DNA of 64,000 nucleotides, from the IMG/VR virus record IMGVR_UViG_3300038968_000013, positions 49,317-113,316 of that record; one strand, written 5' to 3'. The position numbers and the translations under genes are program-made. The notes beneath the pieces were generated by a model that had not been told where the DNA came from, made no database searches, and was given only the letters and a program-made list of their open reading frames with translations. Positions 20,695-31,004 of this stretch are shown here, piece by piece; position 1 is the first letter of the stretch, and each line of letters starts with the position of its first letter. Source of the stretch: a virus (taxonomy: Duplodnaviria; Heunggongvirae; Uroviricota; Caudoviricetes).

Positions 20695-22020
20695 TTAGCT
20701 GTAGGTCTTAGCGACCGACCACGAACCCGTGTTAGATCCATCAGCCTGATTTACGCAGACGAAAGCGAAACGCTCCATCACACGCATCACAAGCTCGCCA
20801 GTGGTGAAACCGGCGTGAGGCGAAATGTCGATCGACATACGCTTGCGATCACCGAAGATCGCGTGCTTGAAGTCACCGTAGATCAGGAACTTCGAGCCCG
20901 AAGTGTCATCCGCAGCCTTCGGCATCACTGTCGAAGTGTAAACCGGACGACCAAGCAGACGGCGAGGCGAGGCTTCCGTTACAGAAGACACGTTGTCCGC
21001 AAGGTTGAACGGACGACCGTTGTTGTCGACCATAGCGGTCTGGATCTGGTTCCACACGTAGTTGGACATGACCCATACGCCATTCTCCTGAAGCTTCTCA
21101 TCGACCTTATTGTAGATTGCAATCAGGTCGTTCCACTTGATGTTCTTGAACGAGGTAGAACCGGAAGGAAGGGTATGGATACCCGCCGTACCAGTCTCGA
21201 CCATTACACCAGTGAACGGAGTGTGGTCGGCACGAAGCACCTGGAAGTCTTCCGCAAGGGCCACAGCCTCTGCGAATACGTCGACCAGGAAGGACATCAG
21301 ATCCGGAGTCGAATCCTCGTCCACTTCGAGCGAGATGTTGTCCAGAGCCATGAGGCGAGTTGCCACCATCTCTGGACGGGTGAACGCCTGAGTCGACTGA
21401 CCTACGCCACTCGCTTCAGTTGTCACCGCCTTGTTTGCGCCAGACGACGTGATGTTCTGGCCTACAAGAGTCGTAGGGCCATAGGTCGCGACCGGTAGAC
21501 GCATGACCTCACGGGTCATCGGCATGATGCGGCAGAGCTTGCGAGCAAGACCAAAGTTGCTCACAAGGCGGATGATTTCGTTGGCCTGCTCCGGTGGAAC
21601 AAGCACACCACCGCCCGCGTCAGGAGTACCGCCAGTGTAGACGTTACCTTCCTTCTGCGTACGTGCGTTCTTCCAGAAATCATACTTCTCATCGAGGCCG
21701 CGAGCCTTGCGAGCAAGGTCCACAACCATCATTCCTACACCCTCACGGGCGCGCGCACGGGCATCTTCCCCATTAGCAGCGGTGTAGTGCTTTTCACCGC
21801 GAGGAAGCTGCTTGTCCATCTCGTCCATGCGCTTGTTGACGTTCTCTAGAAGCCCACGGGTCTGCTCAAGGGCCGCACGAACTTCGGCGGTTTCCTTATC
21901 AATCGCAGCTCCCTTGGACTCAAACTCACGGAGGGCGGTTTCTACCTTCTCCGTCTGCTCAAGAACCGCATCCTTCAGCTTGTAAAGGGGGTTCTCGTCC
22001 TTAACATGAATGTCAGCCAT
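20695..22020 (-). CDS. major capsid protein, HK97 fold, with N-terminal coiled-coil (delta/scaffold-like) domain
   Basis: 441 aa. The N-terminal 100 aa are coiled-coil. The position after the protease and the composition are typical of HK97-family MCPs. Confidence 0.75.
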   Translation of the reverse strand: MADIHVKDENPLYKLKDAVLEQTEKVETALREFESKGAAIDKETAEVRAALEQTRGLLENVNKRMDEMDKQLPRGEKHYTAANGEDARARAREGVGMMVVDLARKARGLDEKYDFWKNARTQKEGNVYTGGTPDAGGGVLVPPEQANEIIRLVSNFGLARKLCRIMPMTREVMRLPVATYGPTTLVGQNITSSGANKAVTTEASGVGQSTQAFTRPEMVATRLMALDNISLEVDEDSTPDLMSFLVDVFAEAVALAEDFQVLRADHTPFTGVMVETGTAGIHTLPSGSTSFKNIKWNDLIAIYNKVDEKLQENGVWVMSNYVWNQIQTAMVDNNGRPFNLADNVSSVTEASPRRLLGRPVYTSTVMPKAADDTSGSKFLIYGDFKHAIFGDRKRMSIDISPHAGFTTGELVMRVMERFAFVCVNQADGSNTGSWSVAKTYS

Positions 22021-22107
22021 TGCTGTATTTCCTAGTTGTTGTCTATGGCTGGTAGTTAACCAGCGAGTAAGAGTTTCTTGGTTCTTTGCCTACAAAAGAA
22101 CTGGGAG

Positions 22108-23322
22108 CTACCCGTTCTTTGAGCGAGCCTTAGTCTTCGTGACCAGCTCGCCGAGAATGTCCGCTGCGAGACTGCGCTGACGGATCTCTTCCTTGCGCGC
22201 ATTCATCGCTGAGCGAATGTCTTCGATATCTTCAAACTTAAACTCAGGCTCCTTAGGAGTCTCTGATTCACGCTTCCCCTCAGGCTCTGCGGCTGACTTG
22301 CCGGTGTCGGCGTCGCCATCAGCTTCCTGTGGCCCTGCGTTACGAAGCACTGCGGCGATCAGCTGCATTGCGTCCGTTAGCGCCTTGCGGTTTGCGGAGT
22401 TGAGCACCGCACCCTTGCGATTCTCCCCAACGGGGATCTCGTCAATGCGCTTCTCTAGTGACTCAAAACGAGCACCAAATTCCTTCATCAGCTTCTCTAG
22501 ATCCATGACTGTCTCGTCCTTGGTTCCCTCGGCTGCCAGATCAACGCCGACCTCAACAGGGGCCCGCTGTTCGTTCTCTGGGTCCGCATCGACCGTTTCG
22601 TCATCGTCACTCTCTACGATGCGCCACTCACCCGCCTTGAATTCATCAGGCAGGGTCTCGCGTACCTCGTAGATTCCACGCTCATTCTTGGTGGCCACAA
22701 ACCGCTCTGGGTTTAGTCCACGTTCACGAATGTTCGTGATCAGCGCATCAGGGTCCGCTGGGACCGGAACAACGCTGGTCTCCATCGCGTCAGTGCGAAT
22801 GAAGTTCCATCCCGTGTAGTAGCCGTCGCCATCGCGAATCGGCTCAGCTTCAAGGGTGCGCCACCCAAACGACACTGTGCGTAGATCGCCATTCACCAGC
22901 ATCTCAAAAATACTATCGGCGAAACGCTTGTGCTCCGTGTCAGTCGTAGTCTTGAGCGGGGTGAAGCGGATCTTCAGCACCTTCCCAAGCCCCTCAACGT
23001 TCGTCTTGCGGAAATCCACAATGCGACCGATCGGTGGCTGGTCATAACGGTGCGCCCACATCAGGACCGGGTTGGCCTTCAGATTACGAAGGTCAATGCC
23101 CTTGACCTGGATAGTGCTGCCGTCGCGCTTGATTCCTTCGCTAACGGCAATCGCCTCCACGACGGGGCCTGAGCTGGTCTCGTCAACCTTGCGTGCGCCG
23201 AACGCACTGTAGTTGGTCGCTACCGGCTGCTTATTGTCAGCAAGCGCCTCGGCAAAGCGAAGCGTCGCCATCTTGTCCCCATCAGGGGTATCCTTACGAA
23301 ACTTTAGATCCGTGATCTTCAT
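22108..23322 (-). CDS. prohead protease (HK97/S78-like) with C-terminal scaffold-like coiled coil
   Basis: Likely start MKITDLKF with an AGGAG RBS 6 nt upstream. Motifs PVLMWAHRYDQPPIGRIVDF and LRTVSFGW match the protease family. The C-terminus is acidic coiled-coil. Confidence 0.6.
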   Translation of the reverse strand: MKITDLKFRKDTPDGDKMATLRFAEALADNKQPVATNYSAFGARKVDETSSGPVVEAIAVSEGIKRDGSTIQVKGIDLRNLKANPVLMWAHRYDQPPIGRIVDFRKTNVEGLGKVLKIRFTPLKTTTDTEHKRFADSIFEMLVNGDLRTVSFGWRTLEAEPIRDGDGYYTGWNFIRTDAMETSVVPVPADPDALITNIRERGLNPERFVATKNERGIYEVRETLPDEFKAGEWRIVESDDDETVDADPENEQRAPVEVGVDLAAEGTKDETVMDLEKLMKEFGARFESLEKRIDEIPVGENRKGAVLNSANRKALTDAMQLIAAVLRNAGPQEADGDADTGKSAAEPEGKRESETPKEPEFKFEDIEDIRSAMNARKEEIRQRSLAADILGELVTKTKARSKNG

Positions 23323-23626
23323 TGATGCTCCTGTGATACTGTTCCTCGCGCGTGGCGATCGTATGGCAATTCGCGCAAAGCAAAGTGAGTTCCCCAAGGA
23401 GGAACCGTTGTAAAATGCGTTGCGCTTGTTGCAGATTTACTGCCGTCGCGCGGAAACCACGTCGCCGATCTTCAGCTCCGTCGTGGTATCGATGGTGAAA
23501 CTCTAACGCCCGCCAGTCTGAAAACCGGCATTGGGAGCATCTTCCACCGACTTGCTCAATGATCCACTGTCGGTATTCAAACCGACGTTCATGAGCCTGG
23601 GACTTCTCTTCCGCGCTATTAAACAC
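23294..23626 (-). CDS. HNH endonuclease
   Basis: EFHHRY...LLCANCH motif pair. Confidence 0.65.
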   Translation of the reverse strand: MFNSAEEKSQAHERRFEYRQWIIEQVGGRCSQCRFSDWRALEFHHRYHDGAEDRRRGFRATAVNLQQAQRILQRFLLGELTLLCANCHTIATREEQYHRSINEDHGSKVS

Positions 23627-23659
23627 TAATTACTGACAAAAATCAAGTGATTTACGTAT

Positions 23660-25957
23660 TTACTCGTCGTCATCGCCGCCCGCAGGGACGGTGGTGCAAC
23701 GACAGTTGCAAACATCAGCTGCCGACCCGAGGACATCACCTGGCCAGCGAAGCCCGTTACTGAAGGTTTCCCCAACAACGACAACCTCATAGTCGATATC
23801 GTGTCCAGCACGAACGAGGTCATCTTGACTTGAAAGCCAGCCATGGCGCTCGACACCCTGCTCTGCGTATTCAAGCGAACGCGCCTCGTTTACCGCCGAC
23901 AGCATTTCTGTCCGCGCGATGCGGTTTGCCCGCGAGGTTGTGAGGGTCATCACTTCCTTCGTGGCATCCTCCAGCGCCGCCGCTTGCTGGTTGATCGTAA
24001 GCCCTTCCATAGCGGTCTCAGCGAGCGAGGCCTGCAGCAGTTTACGTACCGTCTTTTCAATGTCCTGTGGCACCTGGCGAATCTGAATGACGCGCGTATC
24101 CAGCAGCGTCTTCATCTTGTGCGAGTCAATGGCGATGGGATCTTCGCCGAGCGTCATCGCGGCAGACTTGATACCCAGCTCAATGGCTGCCTTGTAGTGC
24201 TTACGCGAGAACTCCTCGATCTGGCTCTGCGCCTTTGGAACGTCAAACATGATGCCGTCAAGAAGATCATCAAGCACACCGCGCTTCTGCATGCGTACCG
24301 TCTTCTTGACCTTAGCGAGCATTTCCTTCCGCAGCCCGTAGAAGAAGTTATGCAGCTTGCGATAGAAGGCGTGCTCTAGCGGCACCAGCATGCGCTCAAA
24401 ATCCTCGGCCAGCTTGGCGCGGCGAGCTGAGCGAGTCTTGCCCTTGAAAGACTTCTCTCCGACCGCCTTCTCGACGGCCTTGTCCTTCTTCTTTTTCTTC
24501 TTGGCGCTCTCTACGGCGTCGTCAATTTCCTTCTGTTCCTTCTCGTCGTCATCCATCACGGCGTCATCAGTGGCGCCGTTCGACTGATCCTCAAGAAGGA
24601 GATCGTCCCCAAGCCCTGCCGGGTCACCAAGACCCATCACCATCGCCATGCTGGCTTGCTCACCAGCAAGCATACGGGCAGGAACGAGGTTGTTGGCCAC
24701 GAGCCAATCGTCACCCCATTCGACACTTTCGAAGCCAAGTGAAAGCACCCGATTGATCTGGTTGATCGGCCAGCCCATCTGGAAGAACTTCATGGCAATC
24801 TCTGCCTTCTCTCCCATGTCCTCGCGCATCGCGGGGATCTCATCGATGGCAAACCCAGCAACCTTCCCTGGTGCGTACGACTTCACCAGCGTCTTTTGCA
24901 GCACAGACGACAGACGGTTGATCTTCGGCACGATGTTGTTTTCGAACAGCATGCGCTGCGCCGACTCAACACCATCACGGCTCAGTCCTGCGCCCTGGAA
25001 GTCATTTAGTAGGGGCACAGGTACACGGAAGCAGGCAGCGATCTCCTGACGGGACCACTTACGCCCTTCCACAAAATCCATTTCTTTCTGCGAGAGACCA
25101 AGCTCTTCGAGCTGCATCCCCCCGTGAACAATGGCGACCTTGTGAATGTTGCGCGGCCCACCCCACTGGTCCTCGATACCCATACGAATCTGACGCATCT
25201 GCTCTTCCGTAAGGAAGATGTCATCCGGACGTGTCTCCGGTGGCGTGAAGGTCAGCTTCAGTGACGGGCTTGATCCGTTCAGAAAGAACTTCTCGTCGAA
25301 CACCTGGCGCGCAATGTCCGCACGAATAGACTTCATCGCGGCCTGCAGCGGCCCAATGCCCATGATCTGATTGTGTGATGCGGGGTCGGTGTACTTGAGG
25401 TGAATCAGCGAATCACCAGGGACGTTAAACGCCACCTTGCCAATCTTGACGGACCAGCTAACGAACTTCCCTGACGCATGCTCATAGTTCGGCGACACAT
25501 GCTGCACCCCGAGGGCGAGCAGTGAGCGAGGAAGTCCCCGCGAGTTGGGAAGGTCTGGCATGATCCAGGCATTCCCAGCCGCCTCTAGGTAGAGCGCAAT
25601 AGTTTCGATGAACTGACAGAAGTCGGCGTAGATGCCGGGGTAGGGGTCCGCAAGGAGGTCGAGCAGCGGGTCTTCCTTCACCGCAATCGGCAGCCCATCT
25701 TCGTCAGGCTGCTCTAGGTACATACGGTAGGGAACAGACGCCATCGCCTGCGAAATGATCGTCATACAGGCGTAGGTTGTGCTGTGATTGGAAAATGGGT
25801 CGCGGTAACCGGACTCGCCGCCGTAGGTCTGAATCTCACGACCCTCAATAAAGGCACGCTGGATTTCAGCTAGGCTCGTCGAACGCTGCTGTGGTGCAGG
25901 CGTCTTCGGTGCGAAGAACGGAAGGTTCTTTATAGTAGTTCGAAGGCGATCAAACAT
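23660..25957 (-). CDS. portal protein fused to MuF-like minor head protein domain
   Basis: 765 aa. The N-terminal ~430 aa are portal-like. A poly-Lys linker (KKKKKKDK) separates them from a C-terminal domain ending RAGHDIDYEVVVVGETFSNGLRWPGD, typical of Mu gpF / SPP1 gp7 domains. Confidence 0.75.
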   Translation of the reverse strand: MFDRLRTTIKNLPFFAPKTPAPQQRSTSLAEIQRAFIEGREIQTYGGESGYRDPFSNHSTTYACMTIISQAMASVPYRMYLEQPDEDGLPIAVKEDPLLDLLADPYPGIYADFCQFIETIALYLEAAGNAWIMPDLPNSRGLPRSLLALGVQHVSPNYEHASGKFVSWSVKIGKVAFNVPGDSLIHLKYTDPASHNQIMGIGPLQAAMKSIRADIARQVFDEKFFLNGSSPSLKLTFTPPETRPDDIFLTEEQMRQIRMGIEDQWGGPRNIHKVAIVHGGMQLEELGLSQKEMDFVEGRKWSRQEIAACFRVPVPLLNDFQGAGLSRDGVESAQRMLFENNIVPKINRLSSVLQKTLVKSYAPGKVAGFAIDEIPAMREDMGEKAEIAMKFFQMGWPINQINRVLSLGFESVEWGDDWLVANNLVPARMLAGEQASMAMVMGLGDPAGLGDDLLLEDQSNGATDDAVMDDDEKEQKEIDDAVESAKKKKKKDKAVEKAVGEKSFKGKTRSARRAKLAEDFERMLVPLEHAFYRKLHNFFYGLRKEMLAKVKKTVRMQKRGVLDDLLDGIMFDVPKAQSQIEEFSRKHYKAAIELGIKSAAMTLGEDPIAIDSHKMKTLLDTRVIQIRQVPQDIEKTVRKLLQASLAETAMEGLTINQQAAALEDATKEVMTLTTSRANRIARTEMLSAVNEARSLEYAEQGVERHGWLSSQDDLVRAGHDIDYEVVVVGETFSNGLRWPGDVLGSAADVCNCRCTTVPAGGDDDE

Positions 25958-25968
25958 CCAGGTGGTCC

Positions 25969-27441
25969 TTACATAACTCGGATTGACGCCGAGTAGTCAT
26001 ACTGTCGTTGGTTGGTGACCGTCGCAAAAGCTAGTAGTAGCGCGTCGGCACGATCGGGTGAGGGCAGTCCTCGCTTGAGAAGTTCATCCTTAGTTTCGAC
26101 ACGCCGTTGCGTTCCGTTACGTGCATAACGCACTTCCCGGTTACACAGCTGGTGCTGTAGCTCCTCGTCTCGTTGAGGGATGGAGATGCGGTCCATTGCA
26201 AGCTTACCGTCCACGAACCAAAGCTCATCTCCCCGACTGGCATAATGCTTAGGGTTCCGTGGCTTTGATCCGTTGTTAATTCCAGAGACAGTCCATCCCT
26301 GACTACGGAGAGCATCAATCACTCCTCCACCAATCCCGACTTCATCAACCACAATCAGCGTGTCATCCTGGCACTTCAGGAAGGCGTCTGGATCAAGGTC
26401 AAACTTATTCGGGTTCCCAAAGGGCTGCCGCCACCACATGGTTGCCGCCTGTACCGTCATCCCCGCAACTGACATCAGGTCGAGGCGCTTGTAGGTCTGA
26501 ATGTCCAGCACAAGGTTGCCGCGACGAACGAGGATCACGGTTTCACAGTCCCCGTACCGGGCAACGTCTACCCCAATCTGAATCGGGAGCAGCGGCATAT
26601 CCTCGCAGAAGCGGTCAAATGCCTGCTCCACCTCATCGTAACCGAAGATCGTCTTTCCCTCTGCGATCATCGGGAAGAGCCCATGGACCTTCGCCTGCAC
26701 AATCGGGGAATCTTCACCGTGTAGATCAATCAGGCGCTGGCTCGCTTCGGGGTTCACAAATGAAGACTCCCGTTGATCTACGTGCCGTGTAATCCAGTAC
26801 TTTTTGTATGACGGCTTGGTGAAGATCTCGTAGAAACGACCCGAGCGCCGTTGCGGGTTTCCAATGCAGAGACAGACGTTCCGAATGCCGCCCGTGAGAG
26901 TCGCCATCTTCGCGTCGAATTGTGCATCATCGACCCCGCTAGCCTCACTGATGACAATAAGAAGGTAGTCAGCATGGAGTCCCTGACCAGCTTCGGCATG
27001 GGCGTCCCCGGTTACCGCTGAGACACGTTTAGCCGCGATCGACTGGAAGGCCCGCCACCGCTCACCATATCCACGCACCTTTATTGTAGAGGGAGTCCAC
27101 TCCAGGAGCTGCGGTAGGTACTCAGAGTCGGAAATAACGCGTTGGATCTCCATCCAGAGCGATACTTGGATTTGCTGGGCACTCGCGGACATCGCCGCAA
27201 CCTTCGCGTACGGATGCACGAGCAGGAACCACACAATGGCCACCGACGCGAGGAAGTCTTTACCGACTCCTGTTCCCGCCGCGACCGCGACAAGATCGTT
27301 CGTGGCAAGAGACATCAGTACTTCCTCTTGCCACTTATCGAGCTTCTTTACTTGAGCAACTTCATAGGCAAACTTGACGGGATCTTTGCGGTAATCTTCC
27401 CATCGTGCCTGTAGTAGCTCTAGATCACTACTTTGACTCAC
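25969..27441 (-). CDS. terminase large subunit
   Basis: 490 aa with a P-loop-like AAGTGVGKD. The length and the position upstream of the portal fit TerL. Confidence 0.75.
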   Translation of the reverse strand: MSQSSDLELLQARWEDYRKDPVKFAYEVAQVKKLDKWQEEVLMSLATNDLVAVAAGTGVGKDFLASVAIVWFLLVHPYAKVAAMSASAQQIQVSLWMEIQRVISDSEYLPQLLEWTPSTIKVRGYGERWRAFQSIAAKRVSAVTGDAHAEAGQGLHADYLLIVISEASGVDDAQFDAKMATLTGGIRNVCLCIGNPQRRSGRFYEIFTKPSYKKYWITRHVDQRESSFVNPEASQRLIDLHGEDSPIVQAKVHGLFPMIAEGKTIFGYDEVEQAFDRFCEDMPLLPIQIGVDVARYGDCETVILVRRGNLVLDIQTYKRLDLMSVAGMTVQAATMWWRQPFGNPNKFDLDPDAFLKCQDDTLIVVDEVGIGGGVIDALRSQGWTVSGINNGSKPRNPKHYASRGDELWFVDGKLAMDRISIPQRDEELQHQLCNREVRYARNGTQRRVETKDELLKRGLPSPDRADALLLAFATVTNQRQYDYSASIRVM

Positions 27442-27664
27442 TCTTTACGTTCTTCTCCCCGGCTGCGACCATCAGCGCCAGCGCAGAGATAAACGGGCCC
27501 AGCTTCTGCCCGAGTCCTTCAATACCGGTAGGGATGGTGCCGTTGCGTACTAGCTCTCCCGCTAGGAAGACCGTCATACGAAAGCACCGCTCGAAGAACG
27601 TCTCGTCGTAGAGAAACTTCTTAATCCATTCAAGCATCGCTCTTCTTCTTTCCCCCGGCACCAA
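27428..27664 (-). CDS. hypothetical protein
   Basis: 78-aa ORF between the TerS candidate and TerL. Confidence 0.3.
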   Translation of the reverse strand: MVPGERRRAMLEWIKKFLYDETFFERCFRMTVFLAGELVRNGTIPTGIEGLGQKLGPFISALALMVAAGEKNVKSESK

Positions 27665-28109
27665 TCGCTAGCGCGAGAATGTCCAGCGCCTTACTGTTCT
27701 GGGCATCGCCCGCACGCTGAACGTGACCGAGATCCTGTGCCAGTTCCTTCAGCATCTCGGTCGTCTTATTCGCACCAGAGACATCGCGCTTTTCGAGCGC
27801 CATGTCGTAATTTGCACGTAGCTGTGCAATTAGCTGGCCGACGAGTTCGGCCCCGATTTCCCCATGCTGCATCGCCTTCGCCATCCCGATGTTCACGACG
27901 CGGAGGTCCGCGTTCACGATGCCTTCGGACGTCTTCAGGATGCGAGCAATCTGGCGTACCGCGTAGCGCATTTCGTATCGCAGAAACTCGACGCAGAGAC
28001 GCCGATCCTCGACAGAGAGCGTCTTCGGATCAACCTGATCCTTCGCAATCTGCTCGATGGTTTCACGAATAGAATTTAGCTTCTGTTGCTTGTCGCTGGT
28101 ACGCGCCAT
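27630..28109 (-). CDS. terminase small subunit, putative
   Basis: 159-aa helical protein directly upstream of TerL. Called by synteny only. Confidence 0.35.
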   Translation of the reverse strand: MARTSDKQQKLNSIRETIEQIAKDQVDPKTLSVEDRRLCVEFLRYEMRYAVRQIARILKTSEGIVNADLRVVNIGMAKAMQHGEIGAELVGQLIAQLRANYDMALEKRDVSGANKTTEMLKELAQDLGHVQRAGDAQNSKALDILALAIGAGGKKKSDA

Positions 28110-28112
28110 TGG

Positions 28113-28742
28113 TTATCTTTCGATGTCGTACTGCCGGTTCACAGCAGTCATGACAATTTCGGTGATGTCGACTTGTCCGTACGCATCACCGAGTGCGCGA
28201 ATCTTCGCTTGGAAGTCCGCGTGTTGGTCACTAGGTACCCACAGGATCACACGCTCAATGGGTGTTTCCTGCGGCTTGTTCTTTTCCGATTCGGGCGAGA
28301 TCGGGTCGTTCGGATCAAGCTGCTCCTTCTCTAGGAGATAGGTCAGCTCATCTTCGCCCCAGAGCCCCTTGAGGGAATTCTCATCCTCGTGGAGTAGGTC
28401 TTTCAGCACGTCGGTATTCCATCCGCCGCCTACTTCCTGGGAGCGATTGTCGAGCAGCGCCATGCGGACCTTCTTCTTGCCCTTGAGATCCTTGCGCCGC
28501 ACCGCGATGATTTCTGATCCGTCCGTGTCGACAACACGAACCTTGGTGATCCCTGCAGCCGTAGCCGCTTCGACCACACCGTTGCCAGCGATCAGTTCAC
28601 CGTCTTCGTCGATCAGAACTGACCGACCCATGCCCACTTCATGCACGCCGTCAATCAGCATGCTGATATTCTTCTCGGTATGAATCCGAGCATTCTTCGG
28701 ATCGTACTTCAGATCCTTAACTGACTTAATGTCCTTTGCCAC
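28113..28742 (-). CDS. ParB-like nuclease domain protein
   Basis: N-terminal KYDPKNARIHTEKNISMLIDGVHEVGMGRSVLIDEDGELIAGNGVVEAA resembles the ParB/Srx fold. Such proteins often sit near phage terminases. Confidence 0.55.
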   Translation of the reverse strand: MAKDIKSVKDLKYDPKNARIHTEKNISMLIDGVHEVGMGRSVLIDEDGELIAGNGVVEAATAAGITKVRVVDTDGSEIIAVRRKDLKGKKKVRMALLDNRSQEVGGGWNTDVLKDLLHEDENSLKGLWGEDELTYLLEKEQLDPNDPISPESEKNKPQETPIERVILWVPSDQHADFQAKIRALGDAYGQVDITEIVMTAVNRQYDIER

Positions 28743-28995
28743 GCTTTACCTCTCCACACGTTGGGAAGGGAACTTCCCCACGATCCATCCGGGCCAATCC
28801 GGAAAGATCCATGACCTCCACCGGCACTCCGTAGTTGTGGTACTTCCGATACGACAGTCGATACTCGATCATGAACGCCGGTTCGTGCCCGCGTTCGTGA
28901 CAGTAGTGACACATCCCAATCGTCATCGGGCCCAACCGCGACGCATACGTATTCACTGCGCCGTTCGGTGCTCCACAGCAGTCGCATTTACCCAA
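28726..28995 (-). CDS. hypothetical Cys/His-rich small protein
   Basis: 89 aa with a CDCC..CHYCHERGH pattern. Confidence 0.3.
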   Translation of the reverse strand: MGKCDCCGAPNGAVNTYASRLGPMTIGMCHYCHERGHEPAFMIEYRLSYRKYHNYGVPVEVMDLSGLARMDRGEVPFPTCGEVKRGKGH

Positions 28996-29848
28996 GGAGC
29001 TTCACCACTTCCTGGACAACTTCCTCCACGGACACATAGGTCGGACATGGATTGCGAAAGCCGTTACAGACTTCCTCGCAGTTACACCCGGTTCCCGGAT
29101 TCACGGGGTAGGTATTGCTGTAGGCGCGAAGATTTGAATCCTTCGGGCCAAAGACAATCACCTGAGGGGTACCCATGGCGGCTGCAACATGCATCAGTCC
29201 CGAATCTTGTCCGAGGTACAGGGAGCACCAGTTGAGTAGTCCCGCTGTCTCGCGCACCGAGAACGTGTCGATGTAACACGCGTCGGTGTCTTGTAGGATC
29301 TCGGTGCGACGTTGCCCAAAGCAATCGGGCGTTGAAGCACCAATCTCAATGATTGGATACGACTCACGCAGCTCCGACACGACCGCCTGCCACATGTCGA
29401 AGGGCCAACGACGCGACGGCCATCCTGCCCACGTATCGATGGCGATGGTGCCAGGGGAGATGTCACGACCGACTTCGAGTTCCTTATCGGTCAGAAACAG
29501 CTCAGGCATGCGGTACTCGTCGCGTGGGGTGAGCCCACACGCGGCAACGTACGCATCCACCATGTGCTGGTGACTATTGCCACCTAGCGGTAGCTCCACC
29601 TTTCGGGGAAGCTGCAGCATTTCGTGCGTCCCGTTGAATCGAGGGCTATGACTGAAGATCCAAGGACGACGAACGTTGACCTCGATCTTGAGGTCAGGGT
29701 ACGTGTGTCGTAGCGCACGTACAGCGCCGGTTACTGCTATCTCGTCACCGAGAGAGCCAAACAGTTCTAGAAGCATCGCTCCAGCCAATCGCTCATCACG
29801 ACTACAGCGTTGGCATAGGAATACGGTGATCCGTACTGCTTGTCCCAA
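28988..29848 (-). CDS. glycosyltransferase family 9 (heptosyltransferase-like)
   Basis: GQDSGLMHVAAAMGTPQVIVFGP matches the GT9 signature region. LLELFGSLGDEIAVTGAVRALRHTYPDLKIE matches the GT9 N-terminus. Confidence 0.7.
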   Translation of the reverse strand: MGQAVRITVFLCQRCSRDERLAGAMLLELFGSLGDEIAVTGAVRALRHTYPDLKIEVNVRRPWIFSHSPRFNGTHEMLQLPRKVELPLGGNSHQHMVDAYVAACGLTPRDEYRMPELFLTDKELEVGRDISPGTIAIDTWAGWPSRRWPFDMWQAVVSELRESYPIIEIGASTPDCFGQRRTEILQDTDACYIDTFSVRETAGLLNWCSLYLGQDSGLMHVAAAMGTPQVIVFGPKDSNLRAYSNTYPVNPGTGCNCEEVCNGFRNPCPTYVSVEEVVQEVVKLLG

Positions 29849-30393
29849 TTCTCCTTGCCCACCTCGTATACCTTGGGAGCAAGTTGATGCAGCATGATGC
29901 GCGGCGCGTTAGATTTTTGTGCCGCTTTGTCTAGCTCTCGATTGAAGCCCACTGGCCAAGTGAGACAGTAGTGAGAGCTGTTTACAATAATAGAGTGAAG
30001 TGTTTCAGCCGCTTCTTCGGGTCGATGTTTCTGGGCACCCGATCCGCCATAGTGGCTCTCGTCAACCCCGATGTGCTCTAGCGTTGAAATCGAGAGGACC
30101 GTGAGCCCCGTAAAATCGAAGCCTACCGCGTCAACCCGTTCGGCCTTGATGTACGGGTCATACGGGTCGAGCACCCGGTGCGGCACAATCGCGGCATCCG
30201 CGTTCGGCAGCACCTTCAGCGCGCGGCGATAGGGCACGTTAGGATCGTACCAGTACGGGGTCACAGCCCCGACTTCCACGATGTCCCACGGCTCTTTCAG
30301 GTCGCCGTACCACTCGGCCACGATGGGGATCTCAACCGCTCGCTCCCCTTCATTTACCGCGTAGCTTAATTCTTTGCCACGGAACAAAAACAC
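29767..30393 (-). CDS. putative SAM-dependent methyltransferase
   Basis: Weak motif I (DIVEVGAV) and motif LTVLSISTLEHIGVD of the class I MTase type. Confidence 0.3.
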   Translation of the reverse strand: MFLFRGKELSYAVNEGERAVEIPIVAEWYGDLKEPWDIVEVGAVTPYWYDPNVPYRRALKVLPNADAAIVPHRVLDPYDPYIKAERVDAVGFDFTGLTVLSISTLEHIGVDESHYGGSGAQKHRPEEAAETLHSIIVNSSHYCLTWPVGFNRELDKAAQKSNAPRIMLHQLAPKVYEVGKENWDKQYGSPYSYANAVVVMSDWLERCF

Positions 30394-31004
30394 TACAGCT
30401 TCTCAAATACCGCGATACCGCCCCAATTCAGGGACTCGTCGATCGCCATCTTCACGAGGCGCCAGTCGCTGCGGAGTTCCGGGAAGAGCCCGAGCTTGCG
30501 CAGAGCTTCCCGCGTCGCGGTGCCAAAGTCGACGTGATCCTTCGGACCACTACCTTGCCAGTCCATCTTGTTCTGGGCTGCAGGGGAGACGTCATGGAAC
30601 AGCATGAGCCCGCCCTTTTCTACCTTGTCGCCGTAGTGAAGCGCGTCGAGCATCACATGCGTGATGTCGTGCCCGCCATCCACGAACAGGAACTGCAGCG
30701 GAGCTGGGACGTGCATGTACACGTACTCTGACTCACCCTGCACAACGTTCGCGCCAGGGAACGGAGGTTGCTTCGCGCAGATAGCGCCAGCAGCGCCGTC
30801 GCGGTCATTGTCCACACCCCAATACTCAAACTCACGCCCGAGATCCTGGAGGTGCTGGGCGATACCACGAGAGGTGTCGCCGTGACAGATTCCAATCTCA
30901 CACACGCGCAGCTTCTGATCAGGAAAGCGACGCGCCACTTCTTCCAACGCCTCGGCTACTGCCGCCGCGTCGGTTGCACTAATGATTCCGTATGACTTGA
31001 GCAA
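30393..31004 (-). CDS. class I SAM-dependent methyltransferase (Methyltransf_24 / TylF-like)
   Basis: VCEIGICHGDTS ... LFVDGGHD motifs. Confidence 0.55.
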   Translation of the reverse strand: MLKSYGIISATDAAAVAEALEEVARRFPDQKLRVCEIGICHGDTSRGIAQHLQDLGREFEYWGVDNDRDGAAGAICAKQPPFPGANVVQGESEYVYMHVPAPLQFLFVDGGHDITHVMLDALHYGDKVEKGGLMLFHDVSPAAQNKMDWQGSGPKDHVDFGTATREALRKLGLFPELRSDWRLVKMAIDESLNWGGIAVFEKL

